Below, piece after piece: positions 9,155 through 16,353 of a stretch of 64,000 nucleotides of DNA (positions within the stretch are counted from its first letter, which is position 1; each line of letters begins with the position of its first letter). Position numbers and translations under genes: made by a program. A model generated the notes under the pieces. The model saw nothing but the letters and a program-made list of their open reading frames with translations, did not search any database and was not told the DNA's origin. Source of the DNA: an uncultured Oscillospiraceae bacterium. GTDB lineage: Bacteria > Bacillota > Clostridia > Oscillospirales > Oscillospiraceae. The stretch covers positions 7,570 to 71,569 of the forward strand of contig CAKTQR010000003.1 in assembly GCA_934597175.1 (NCBI GenBank), written 5' to 3'.

Positions 9155-9306
9155 CACGCTTCAAAACACGCCACATTTTTTGTGAAGCGCAGCTTCACGA
9201 AAAATCTCGCTACGCTCGTCAAAAAGCCTTAACAGGCGTTTTTGATGGCTATAATCCAACTTGAGGCGGGACCTTGTCCCCCTCACACTCCCCCTGCTGC
9301 GTATTG
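9155..9306 (+). repeat. repeat family E, copy 1
   Basis: About 150 bp, CACGCTTCAAAAC...GCTGCGTATTG. The reverse-complement copy lies at 59421-59570. Confidence 0.85.
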
Positions 9307-9509
9307 GAGTTCACCCGTTGCGTTTATTTTTCCTAGCTCTTTGACGGTCTAACATGAATTTTATTCATGTTTGCATGAACAATATTAAGCACGATAATAA
9401 TATACCGCAAAAAATCAAAAAATCAAGGAAAAATCGAAAAATTCACCCTTGCGGGGACAAATTTGCGTCTGTATAATGCAAATATATTTTTCGAGAGAGG
9501 TCCACAAAC

Positions 9510-11018
9510 ATGAACGCAGAAATTATTGTATTCCTCGGATACTTCGTTATCCTGTTTTTCGTCGGTCTGATTTTCTTCTTCAACGGCAGCAATAAGAATC
9601 AGAGCGACTACTTCCTCGGCGGACGCTCCATGGGACCGTGGGTCACCGCAATGAGCGCTCAGGCGTCTGATATGTCGGCGTGGCTGCTCATGGGTCTGCC
9701 CGGCTCGATCCTCGCTTTCGGCTTCGGTCAGATCTGGATAGGCATCGGCCTTGCGCTGGGCACGGCGGCTAACTGGATCTTCTGCGCAAAGAGACTGCGC
9801 AAGCTGTCGGTTGCCGCAAACGACGCCATCACCGTTCCCCAGTACCTCACCAACCGCTTTGCCTCGCAGAAAAAGACCCTGCAGGTCATCTGCGCAGTTA
9901 TATTCCTCATCGCCTTCACCGTGTATGTCGCATCTGCACTGGTCGCCGGCACCTCCGTGTTCGTGAGCCTGTTCCCCGACATCTCGCAGAGCACCGCAAT
10001 GCTCATCTACACGCTCATCATCATCGGCTACACCTTCCTCGGCGGCTTCAAGGCCGTCTGCTGGACTGACTTCTTCCAGGGCATTTTGATGCTCGTTGCC
10101 CTGCTGGCCGTCCCCATCATCGTAAGAGCCACCCAGACGCTCGATGTCAGCGCACTTCAGAATGTTTACCAGTACACCGACGCATCCGGCGCAGTCGTGA
10201 CCTGCGACTTCGGTGCGGGTCTGTTCTCGGCCTCGTGGAAGGACATCGTCTCCGGCCTCGGCTGGGGTCTCGGCTACTTCGGCATGCCCCATATCATCGT
10301 ACGCTTCATGTCCATCGAAAAGCCCTCGATGATAAAGAAAAGCTCCATCGTCGCCATCATCTGGGTCGTGCTGTCGATTGGTGCGGCCTGCCTCATGGCC
10401 TACTATGCAAGAATGATCGTCGCAGAGGAGCTGCTGACCGTCGGCGCACAGAAGACCGTGTTCATCGTGCTGGCACGCCGTCTCTTCCCCGCAGGCATAG
10501 CAGGTCTGCTTCTTGCCGCCATCATGGCAGCGTCTATCTCCACGGCAGACTCGCAGCTGCTCGTTGCATCCAGCTCCTTCACCTCCGACCTGTATCAGCC
10601 CCTTATCCGCAAGAACGCAAGCGACCGTGAGGTCCTTTGGGTCGGCAGAATTGCCGTTGTGGTCATCTCCGTCGTCGCATATTTTATCGCCTCCTCCAAG
10701 GGTGCAGGCGCACAGGCGCTCATGAACATGGTCGAGAACGCATGGGGCATCTTCGGCTCGGCGTTCGGTCCTGTCATCCTGCTGTCGCTGTTCTGGAGAA
10801 GGTTCAACTACACCGGCGCATGTGTCGGCGTTGTCGTCGGCGCAGTGGTCGATATCGTTTGGCTCATGTGCCTGTCGTCGACCGGCATCTACGAGATAGT
10901 CCCGGGCTTCATCTGCGGCGGTGCTGCAGCTATCGTTGCGACCCTCGCAACCAAAGCCCCCTCCAAGGAAGTCACCGACATATTCGATCTCGCCTCCGCC
11001 CCCGACTTTGGAGAATGA
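9510..11018 (+). CDS. putP: sodium:solute (proline) symporter
   Basis: 502 aa, about 12-13 TM. The SSS signature region is YFLGGRSMGPWVTAMSAQASDMSAWLLMGLPG. Confidence 0.8.
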   Translation: MNAEIIVFLGYFVILFFVGLIFFFNGSNKNQSDYFLGGRSMGPWVTAMSAQASDMSAWLLMGLPGSILAFGFGQIWIGIGLALGTAANWIFCAKRLRKLSVAANDAITVPQYLTNRFASQKKTLQVICAVIFLIAFTVYVASALVAGTSVFVSLFPDISQSTAMLIYTLIIIGYTFLGGFKAVCWTDFFQGILMLVALLAVPIIVRATQTLDVSALQNVYQYTDASGAVVTCDFGAGLFSASWKDIVSGLGWGLGYFGMPHIIVRFMSIEKPSMIKKSSIVAIIWVVLSIGAACLMAYYARMIVAEELLTVGAQKTVFIVLARRLFPAGIAGLLLAAIMAASISTADSQLLVASSSFTSDLYQPLIRKNASDREVLWVGRIAVVVISVVAYFIASSKGAGAQALMNMVENAWGIFGSAFGPVILLSLFWRRFNYTGACVGVVVGAVVDIVWLMCLSSTGIYEIVPGFICGGAAAIVATLATKAPSKEVTDIFDLASAPDFGE

Positions 11019-11115
11019 TCTGACGGGCTCATTTCCGCCCATACTGCGTTAAAGCCCTAGGAAATACACGCAGGTATTCCCGTCTGCCTTCGCCTTGTCT
11101 GGACGAAAATAATCA
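11019..11115 (-). repeat. repeat family D, copy 1
   Basis: Reverse complement matches 61757-61850 (...GACGGGAATACCTGCGTGTATTTCCTAGGGCTTTAACGCAG.ATGGGCGGAAAT...). Confidence 0.85.
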
Positions 11116-11134
11116 CCGTCATAATATAAAAGCA

Positions 11135-11165
11135 AAAGACCGGCTCTCCGCCGGTCTTTTGTTTT
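11135..11165 (+). terminator. putP terminator
   Basis: AAAGACCGG-ctctccg-CCGGTCTTT followed by TGTTTT. Confidence 0.7.
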
Positions 11166-11198
11166 GCAACGATAGGTCGATGGGTGAGCTACCATATA

Positions 11199-11572
11199 TT
11201 AACTTTTCTTTGTTTCGCCAAAGAAAAGTTACAAAAGAAACGCGACCAAAGGCGTTTAACCACCCTTTGGAATCCCGGTACGGGGTATCGGTGCACCGGC
11301 CGATTTGACTGCGGAGGTTTAACATAGTGCGAGAAGTTTGCGGTGCGCCCCATTAAACGAACTGCGTCGGTTAGGCAGGTGCGAGAAGCTTTCGGTGCGT
11401 CCGTTTAACGGACTGCGTCGGTTAGGCAGGTGCGAATAGCTTGCAGTGCACCGATAGGTTGATGGACAGGCTAAACTCTAAGGTGCACCCACCGGTCGGG
11501 CTGGTGCAGTATCGAATAGCAAATGCGTTGATGCGTATTGAAAAACCGGTCGGGCGGACGCAAAAACGATAA
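11199..11572 (+). repeat. modules B+A, full-length copy (three ~52-bp subrepeats)
   Basis: Hairpin TTAACTTTTCTTTG-tttcgc-CAAAGAAAAGTTA, then AAAGAAACGCGACCAAAGGCGTTTAACCACCC..., with tandem GTGCGAGAAG(C)TTT(C/G)(G/C)GGTGCG...CTGCGTCGGTTAGGCAG units. Confidence 0.9.
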
Positions 11573-11600
11573 GCTGAAGCGTTGAAATGAAACTGAAATG

Positions 11601-11629
11601 TTGACGCTGAGGCTGAGCTATGATATAAT
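11601..11629 (+). promoter_or_regulatory. sigma-A-type promoter
   Basis: TTGACG, 17 nt, then TATAAT with an extended TGn (TGATATAAT). Lies 37 nt upstream of the CNNM gene. Confidence 0.6.
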
Positions 11630-11665
11630 ATGTGAACTTTATTATTAGGAGTGTGTTAGTCCGAA

Positions 11666-12937
11666 ATGGATGACGGCAGTCGATTGTCGCTGATAATCGT
11701 AATTGTTCTTTTAATGTGCGCCGCTTATTTTGCGGTTGCGGAAACGGCGTTCGCCTCGGTGTCTCGGGTCAGGATAAAAGTCCGTGCCGAAAAGGGCGAG
11801 GCCAAGGCCCTTCAGGCGCTCGAAGTTCTCGATAACTTCGACCGTGCCATCAGCAGTATTCTCATTTGTACAAACATCGTGCACATCGCCGCTGCGAGCA
11901 TCGTCACGGTCAATGTCACCCGCATCTGGGGACTGAGCGCCGTTACCCTGAGCACGATCATCATGACCATCGTGGTCTTTTTCGTGGGCGAAATGCTCCC
12001 GAAAAGCATTGCTAAAAAATACAGCGAGCGACTGTCTCTGGCAGTTGCCGGATCGCTGTGCTTTTTTATGCGCATTTTGCGGCCGATCTCGGCCGTCCTG
12101 TCGGCGATCGGTAACTTTGCCGCCCGTTTCGTGAAGGCCGACCCCGAGATATCCGTCACCGAGGACGAGATATACGACATCATCGAGGATATGACCGAGG
12201 ACGGCAGCCTCGGCGAGGAGCGAGGCGAGCTCATCTCCTCTGCGCTCCAGTTCGGCGAGACGACCGTTGAGAGCATCCTTACCTCCCGTGTCGACCTTGC
12301 GGCGGTCGATGTCGAGGATTCGCCCGAGGAGGTGCTGGCTTACATCCGTGAGCAGAAGCACAGCCGCCTGCCGGTCTACGACGGCAGCATCGACAATGTC
12401 ATCGGCATTTTGTCGATTCGCAAGTACATAAAGGCCTACCTGCGTGAGGGTGAAAATGTTGACCTTCGTGGTCTTTTGGACGAGGCGTATTTCGTACATC
12501 AGAGCACGAATATCGACGACCTGCTGCCGGTGATGAGCAAAAAGCGGCTCAACATGGCGATAGTCACCGATAACTACGGCGGCACGCTCGGTATAGTCAC
12601 CGTGGAGGATATCCTCGAGGAGCTCGTGGGCGAGATCTGGGACGAGGACGACGAAGTCGAGGAGCCGTATGTTGCCCTCGACGACGGCAGCTGGGACTGC
12701 GACGCCGAGATGAATGTCGTCGATGTGTTCGAGCTTCTGGAGTTCGACGACCCCGAGGAGGACGACGAGTTTACAAACAAACTCCTCGGTGAGTGGGCGT
12801 ATGAGCAGTTCGCCGCCATCCCGACGGTCGGCGCAAGCTTTGATTACCACGGCATACGGGTCACCGTGTGCCAGATGCAGCATAACCGCATACTGCGGCT
12901 GAATGTCCGCAGGACGCAGGGAGGTGACGAGCAGTGA
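11666..12937 (+). CDS. CNNM/HlyC-CorC family transporter (DUF21-CBS-CorC_HlyC)
   Basis: 423 aa. N-terminal 4-TM DUF21, a CBS pair, and a C-terminal transporter-associated domain with an acidic tail. Confidence 0.85.
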   Translation: MDDGSRLSLIIVIVLLMCAAYFAVAETAFASVSRVRIKVRAEKGEAKALQALEVLDNFDRAISSILICTNIVHIAAASIVTVNVTRIWGLSAVTLSTIIMTIVVFFVGEMLPKSIAKKYSERLSLAVAGSLCFFMRILRPISAVLSAIGNFAARFVKADPEISVTEDEIYDIIEDMTEDGSLGEERGELISSALQFGETTVESILTSRVDLAAVDVEDSPEEVLAYIREQKHSRLPVYDGSIDNVIGILSIRKYIKAYLREGENVDLRGLLDEAYFVHQSTNIDDLLPVMSKKRLNMAIVTDNYGGTLGIVTVEDILEELVGEIWDEDDEVEEPYVALDDGSWDCDAEMNVVDVFELLEFDDPEEDDEFTNKLLGEWAYEQFAAIPTVGASFDYHGIRVTVCQMQHNRILRLNVRRTQGGDEQ

Positions 12938-14196
12938 TATACCTTTGCTTAGCCGGCCTTGTCCTGTGCATTATCGGCTCGAACTACTTTTCCTCGTCCG
13001 AGATGGCGTACTCCAGCTGCAACCGCCTGCGCCTTGAAAGCGCCCGTGACGGCGGCTCGAAGCGGGCGGCGATAGCGGTCAAGATAATCGACCGCTTTGA
13101 CGACACACTCTCGGCGATTCTCATCGGCAACAACCTCGTGAACATCGCAGCGTCGTCGATAGGCTCGGTGCTCGTGATACTCATTGCCGGCGACGACAAG
13201 TACGCTTGGGTGTCCACCGTGGTCATCACGGTGCTGGTCATCATTTTCGGCGAGACGATGCCGAAGATAGTCGCAAAAAACAGCGCAAACCGCATTGCAC
13301 TCAGCCACGCTTATTTTGTCCGTGGCCTGACGATAATTTTGAAGCCGCTCATCTGGCTCGTCGTGGGGCTCGTGAAGCTCCTGACCTCCGGCCTCAAGGG
13401 CGAGGAAGCAGGCAGCGACGAGGAAGCGGCGGCGATGGAGTTATCATCCATCATCGAGACCGCCGAGGACGAGGATGTCCTTGACGAGGACCGCTCGGAG
13501 CTTGTGCAGGCGGCGATAGATTTCTCCGATGTCATGGCGTCCGAGGTCATGACCGCCCGTGTCGATGTCGTGGCTCTCGACATTGACGACGACTGGAACG
13601 AGCAGCTTGCCACGATCGACTCTGCTCCCTATTCACGCATCCCCGTGTACGAGGACAGCATCGATAATGTCATCGGCGTTTTGTATCTCAACCACTTTTT
13701 GAAGGCACTCACGGACGAGAAAAATCCCGACATCCGCAGCATGCTGATGCCGACCTGCTATGTGTACAAGACGATGAAAATGCCGGCCGTGCTCAATGAG
13801 CTGCGCCGAGCAAAGCAGCACCTCGCTATCGTCACCGACGAGTACGGCGGTACCTTAGGCGTGCTGTCGATGGAGGATGTCTTAGAGCAGCTCGTCGGCG
13901 ATATATGGGACGACACCGATGAGGTCGAGGAGGAGATCGTTGAGCGCCCCGACGGGCAGTACGAGCTCGACGGCGACATGGTCATCTCCGATTTTCTCGA
14001 GCTTGTGGGCATCAAGGAAAAGGACTTCGACGCCGAGAGCGAGACCGTCGGCGGCTGGACGATTGAAATGTTCGGCGCATTTCCCCATCCCGGCGACAGC
14101 TTTGAATACGAGAACATGTCCGTGACCGTCCTCGAAATGGACGGCCTGCGAGTCGAAAAAGTTTTGGTAAAACTAAAACCTCAAGATGAAGAATAA
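12934..14196 (+). CDS. CNNM/HlyC-CorC family transporter, paralog
   Basis: 420 aa with the same architecture. GTGA overlap with the upstream paralog. Confidence 0.85.
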   Translation: MIYLCLAGLVLCIIGSNYFSSSEMAYSSCNRLRLESARDGGSKRAAIAVKIIDRFDDTLSAILIGNNLVNIAASSIGSVLVILIAGDDKYAWVSTVVITVLVIIFGETMPKIVAKNSANRIALSHAYFVRGLTIILKPLIWLVVGLVKLLTSGLKGEEAGSDEEAAAMELSSIIETAEDEDVLDEDRSELVQAAIDFSDVMASEVMTARVDVVALDIDDDWNEQLATIDSAPYSRIPVYEDSIDNVIGVLYLNHFLKALTDEKNPDIRSMLMPTCYVYKTMKMPAVLNELRRAKQHLAIVTDEYGGTLGVLSMEDVLEQLVGDIWDDTDEVEEEIVERPDGQYELDGDMVISDFLELVGIKEKDFDAESETVGGWTIEMFGAFPHPGDSFEYENMSVTVLEMDGLRVEKVLVKLKPQDEE

Positions 14197-14200
14197 AGCT

Positions 14201-14230
14201 AAGGCTGCACTTTCGTGCAGCCTTTTGCTT
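14201..14230 (+). terminator. terminator of the CNNM pair
   Basis: AAGGCTGCAC-tttc-GTGCAGCCTT followed by TTGCTTT. Confidence 0.7.
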
Positions 14231-14236
14231 TATTCG

Positions 14237-14326
14237 GTTAAGTTTGCTGTTGCAAGTTAAGTTTGCCCTAACGGGCAAGTGAAGTTAGCGGCTTTGCCGC
14301 TAGTGAAGTTTCAATTCGCATTGAAG
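14237..14326 (+). repeat. array of four 8-mer + mini-hairpin units
   Basis: Each GT(T/G)AAGTT is followed by TTGC-tgtt-GCAA, TTGCCC-taac-GGGCAA, TAGCGGC-ttt-GCCGCTA or TTCAAT-tcgc-ATTGAA. Confidence 0.8.
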
Positions 14327-14340
14327 ATATATTTTGTTGT

Positions 14341-14600
14341 TATTGCATCAGCCCGACCGGTAAGTGCATGCTAAAGTCAAATCCGTACATCAACCTATCG
14401 GTACACTGCAAGCTACTCGTACCTGCCTGACTGACGCAGTTCGTTAAACAGGCGCAGTAAAGACTACTCGCAGAGGATTAAACCTCCGCAGTCCGGTAGA
14501 CCGGTGCACCGATTCCCCGTACCGGGATTCCAAAGGGTGGTTAAACGCCTTTGGTCGCGTTTCTTTTGTAACTTTTCTTTGGCGAAACAAAGAAAAGTTA
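14341..14600 (-). repeat. modules A+B, inverted copy
   Basis: The reverse complement aligns with 11199-~11500, including the hairpin and the AACCACCCTTTGGAATCCCGGTACGGGG core. Confidence 0.9.
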
Positions 14601-14616
14601 ATAATTGGTAATTCGC

Positions 14617-15051
14617 TCATGCCTTGGCGAGAGCCCTGTTGGGGCGGTCACGGGCGATGAGGAATGCAAACACTGCGATGAAGTTGAGGAACAGTCCGAG
14701 TATCGGCCAGAGCAACTTGTTCATGCCCTCTTTGACTGCGTTTTTGTACAGCCATGCAACGACATTGAACCAGTAAGTTAGCACGAGCACGACCCAGATG
14801 ACGCCGAGACCGCCGATGATGGCGTAGTTTTTGGCGTCGAGCGGAGTTATCTTGCTCTCAACGATTTTTTCTGCCTGGTGTTTGTCGAGCTCGGCCTGCT
14901 GTACCTGCTGACGGGCGGCGGAAGCGTCGCTTATCTGCTGGGACAGGCTGAGGGGGATGGTGATAGCGGTGACGACCGCCAGAACGATAAACAGTACGAG
15001 AATGATCTTAAAGGTCTTGGCGAAATCTCTTTTCATAATATTGGCCTTCAT
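14617..15051 (-). CDS. small membrane protein
   Basis: Start reset to the ATG at 15051 (GGAGG upstream). 144 aa with 3 hydrophobic segments. Lies downstream of the response-regulator remnant. Confidence 0.6.
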   Translation of the reverse strand: MKANIMKRDFAKTFKIILVLFIVLAVVTAITIPLSLSQQISDASAARQQVQQAELDKHQAEKIVESKITPLDAKNYAIIGGLGVIWVVLVLTYWFNVVAWLYKNAVKEGMNKLLWPILGLFLNFIAVFAFLIARDRPNRALAKA

Positions 15052-15255
15052 ATTCTTACCTCCAAATTTACGACGACGAAGCCTGAGCACCCGGGTGAGA
15101 GATAGGCAATTGTTTTGTTTTTTATTGTTGGGGGGATGGAGAAGTGTAAAGATGTAATGAGACACCCAGACTTCGTCGTTCGTTTGAAAAAATTTGTCCT
15201 CCCTACCGGACAATGCCAGTATAGGAGGACTGATTAAACTTCCAATAAAACGATA

Positions 15256-15672
15256 TTAAACAATTTTTAAACGATATCCGACACCCCAAACGGTTTGGAT
15301 ATACTCGGGATTCGACGGGTCCTTCTCGATCTTTTCACGCAGGCGGTTTACATGCACGGCGACGGTGATGTTGTCGCCCATGCTCTCAAGCCCCCATATC
15401 ATCTCGTACAGATCCTCACGGCTGAACACCTGGTTGGGGTGGCGCAGCAAAAACAGCAGCAGCTCGAACTCCTTGTTCTTGAGCGACAGCTCACGGCCGC
15501 CTATGAACGCCGTGCGTGCGTCGGAGTCCATGACGAACGGGCCTGCGGACACGACGCTCTCGTTCTTCTTCTCGGCGGGTTTCAGGCGCTCGTACTGCGC
15601 AAGATTCGCCTTGATGCGGGCGACGAGGACGCTCGGCGAGAACGGCTTTTCGATGTAATCATCCGCACCGGC
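15256..15672 (-). pseudogene. OmpR-family response regulator lacking its receiver domain
   Basis: Only the last receiver helix (AGADDYIEKPFSPSVLVARIKANL) and the complete Trans_reg_C wHTH are retained (ELSLKNKEFELLLFLLRHPNQVFSREDL...VWGVGYRL). Sequence upstream of 15672 is antisense to an unrelated gene fragment. The 15807 start is TTG with no SD. Confidence 0.55.
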
Positions 15673-15786
15673 AACTATGCCGAGGTCATCATCCCCGGCA
15701 GCTACGACACCGCCTGCGGCATGAAAATGTGCTGCATCGTCGATACCGACACCATGGAGGTCTGCGGCGTTTGTTCCGTAGCTTGA
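15665..15786 (+). pseudogene. 3' fragment of a paralog of the 16015-16302 gene
   Basis: Encodes TGNYAEVIIPGSYDTACGMKMCCIVDTDTMEVCGVCSVA*, 26 of 39 residues identical to the C-terminus of the intact copy. It has no 5' part but keeps its own terminator. Confidence 0.6.
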
Positions 15787-15823
15787 GCTTGAGTTGCCGT
15801 GAGCCAAAATTAAAAGCGTATTG

Positions 15824-15857
15824 CCCCGATGCCAAGCGGTGTCGGGGTTGATTTTTT
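15824..15857 (+). terminator. terminator after the gene fragment
   Basis: CCCCGA-loop-TCGGGG followed by TTGATTTTTT. Confidence 0.55.
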
Positions 15858-16014
15858 CCTGACAGAGTTCATAGAAATGTCTAAAATATTTTAAGTTTGG
15901 TTTTAAATTTAGTTATTCCTGATTAAAAACCGGTCTGTATACTCATAGCTGTAAACAAGAGAGAAACCAACAAACTTATCTGACAATAACACATTTCATC
16001 AGGAGGAAATTAAA

Positions 16015-16302
16015 ATGAAAACCATCAAAGCTCTTAACAATATCGACCTGTTCGAAAAGTTCCTTTTCATCGTTGACACCCGTGAGGAGGACCTGCGGCG
16101 CCGTGCTGCCGAGGCCGCAGCAGCCGAGCTCGGCTGCCCCTGCGGAGCGACAGTCAACGCCGTGAGGCTTTTTTCCGACTGCACCGGTAACTACGCCGAG
16201 GTCGTGCTCCCGACAAACCGCGAGTACAGCTGCGGCATGAAGCTTTGCTGCATCGTCGACACCGACACCATGGAGGTCCGTGGCATCTGCCCTGTTGACT
16301 GA
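16015..16302 (+). CDS. Cys-rich small protein, unknown function
   Basis: 95 aa with GGAGG 8 nt upstream. Eight Cys residues, including GCPCG and CGMKLCCIVDTDTMEVRGIC. I recognise no family. Confidence 0.6.
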   Translation: MKTIKALNNIDLFEKFLFIVDTREEDLRRRAAEAAAAELGCPCGATVNAVRLFSDCTGNYAEVVLPTNREYSCGMKLCCIVDTDTMEVRGICPVD

Positions 16303-16320
16303 GTTAAACAAACATGACAA

Positions 16321-16347
16321 AAGCCCTGCGGCGTGGCCGCAGGGCTT
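16321..16347. terminator. bidirectional hairpin
   Basis: GCCCTGCGGC-gtg-GCCGCAGGGC with A/T runs on both sides, between convergent genes. Confidence 0.7.
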
Positions 16348-16353
16348 AAAATT

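Noticed and set aside
9423-11042. 539-aa minus-strand ORF covering the whole putP region
   Set aside because: It is an antisense shadow ORF typical of high-GC DNA. It has Asp/Gly/Arg/Ala-rich low-complexity composition and no RBS. The plus strand encodes an unmistakable sodium:solute symporter.
11315-11460. Tandem ~52-bp units inside module A considered as a possible CRISPR array
   Set aside because: The units are contiguous with no unique spacers. They recur at several loci in both orientations as part of a larger dispersed element, and no cas genes are in the window.
15673-15807. Full 183-aa reading of the response-regulator ORF from the start at 15807
   Set aside because: That start is TTG without an SD. 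The extra 45 residues are the antisense translation of the Cys-rich gene fragment and bear no resemblance to a receiver domain.
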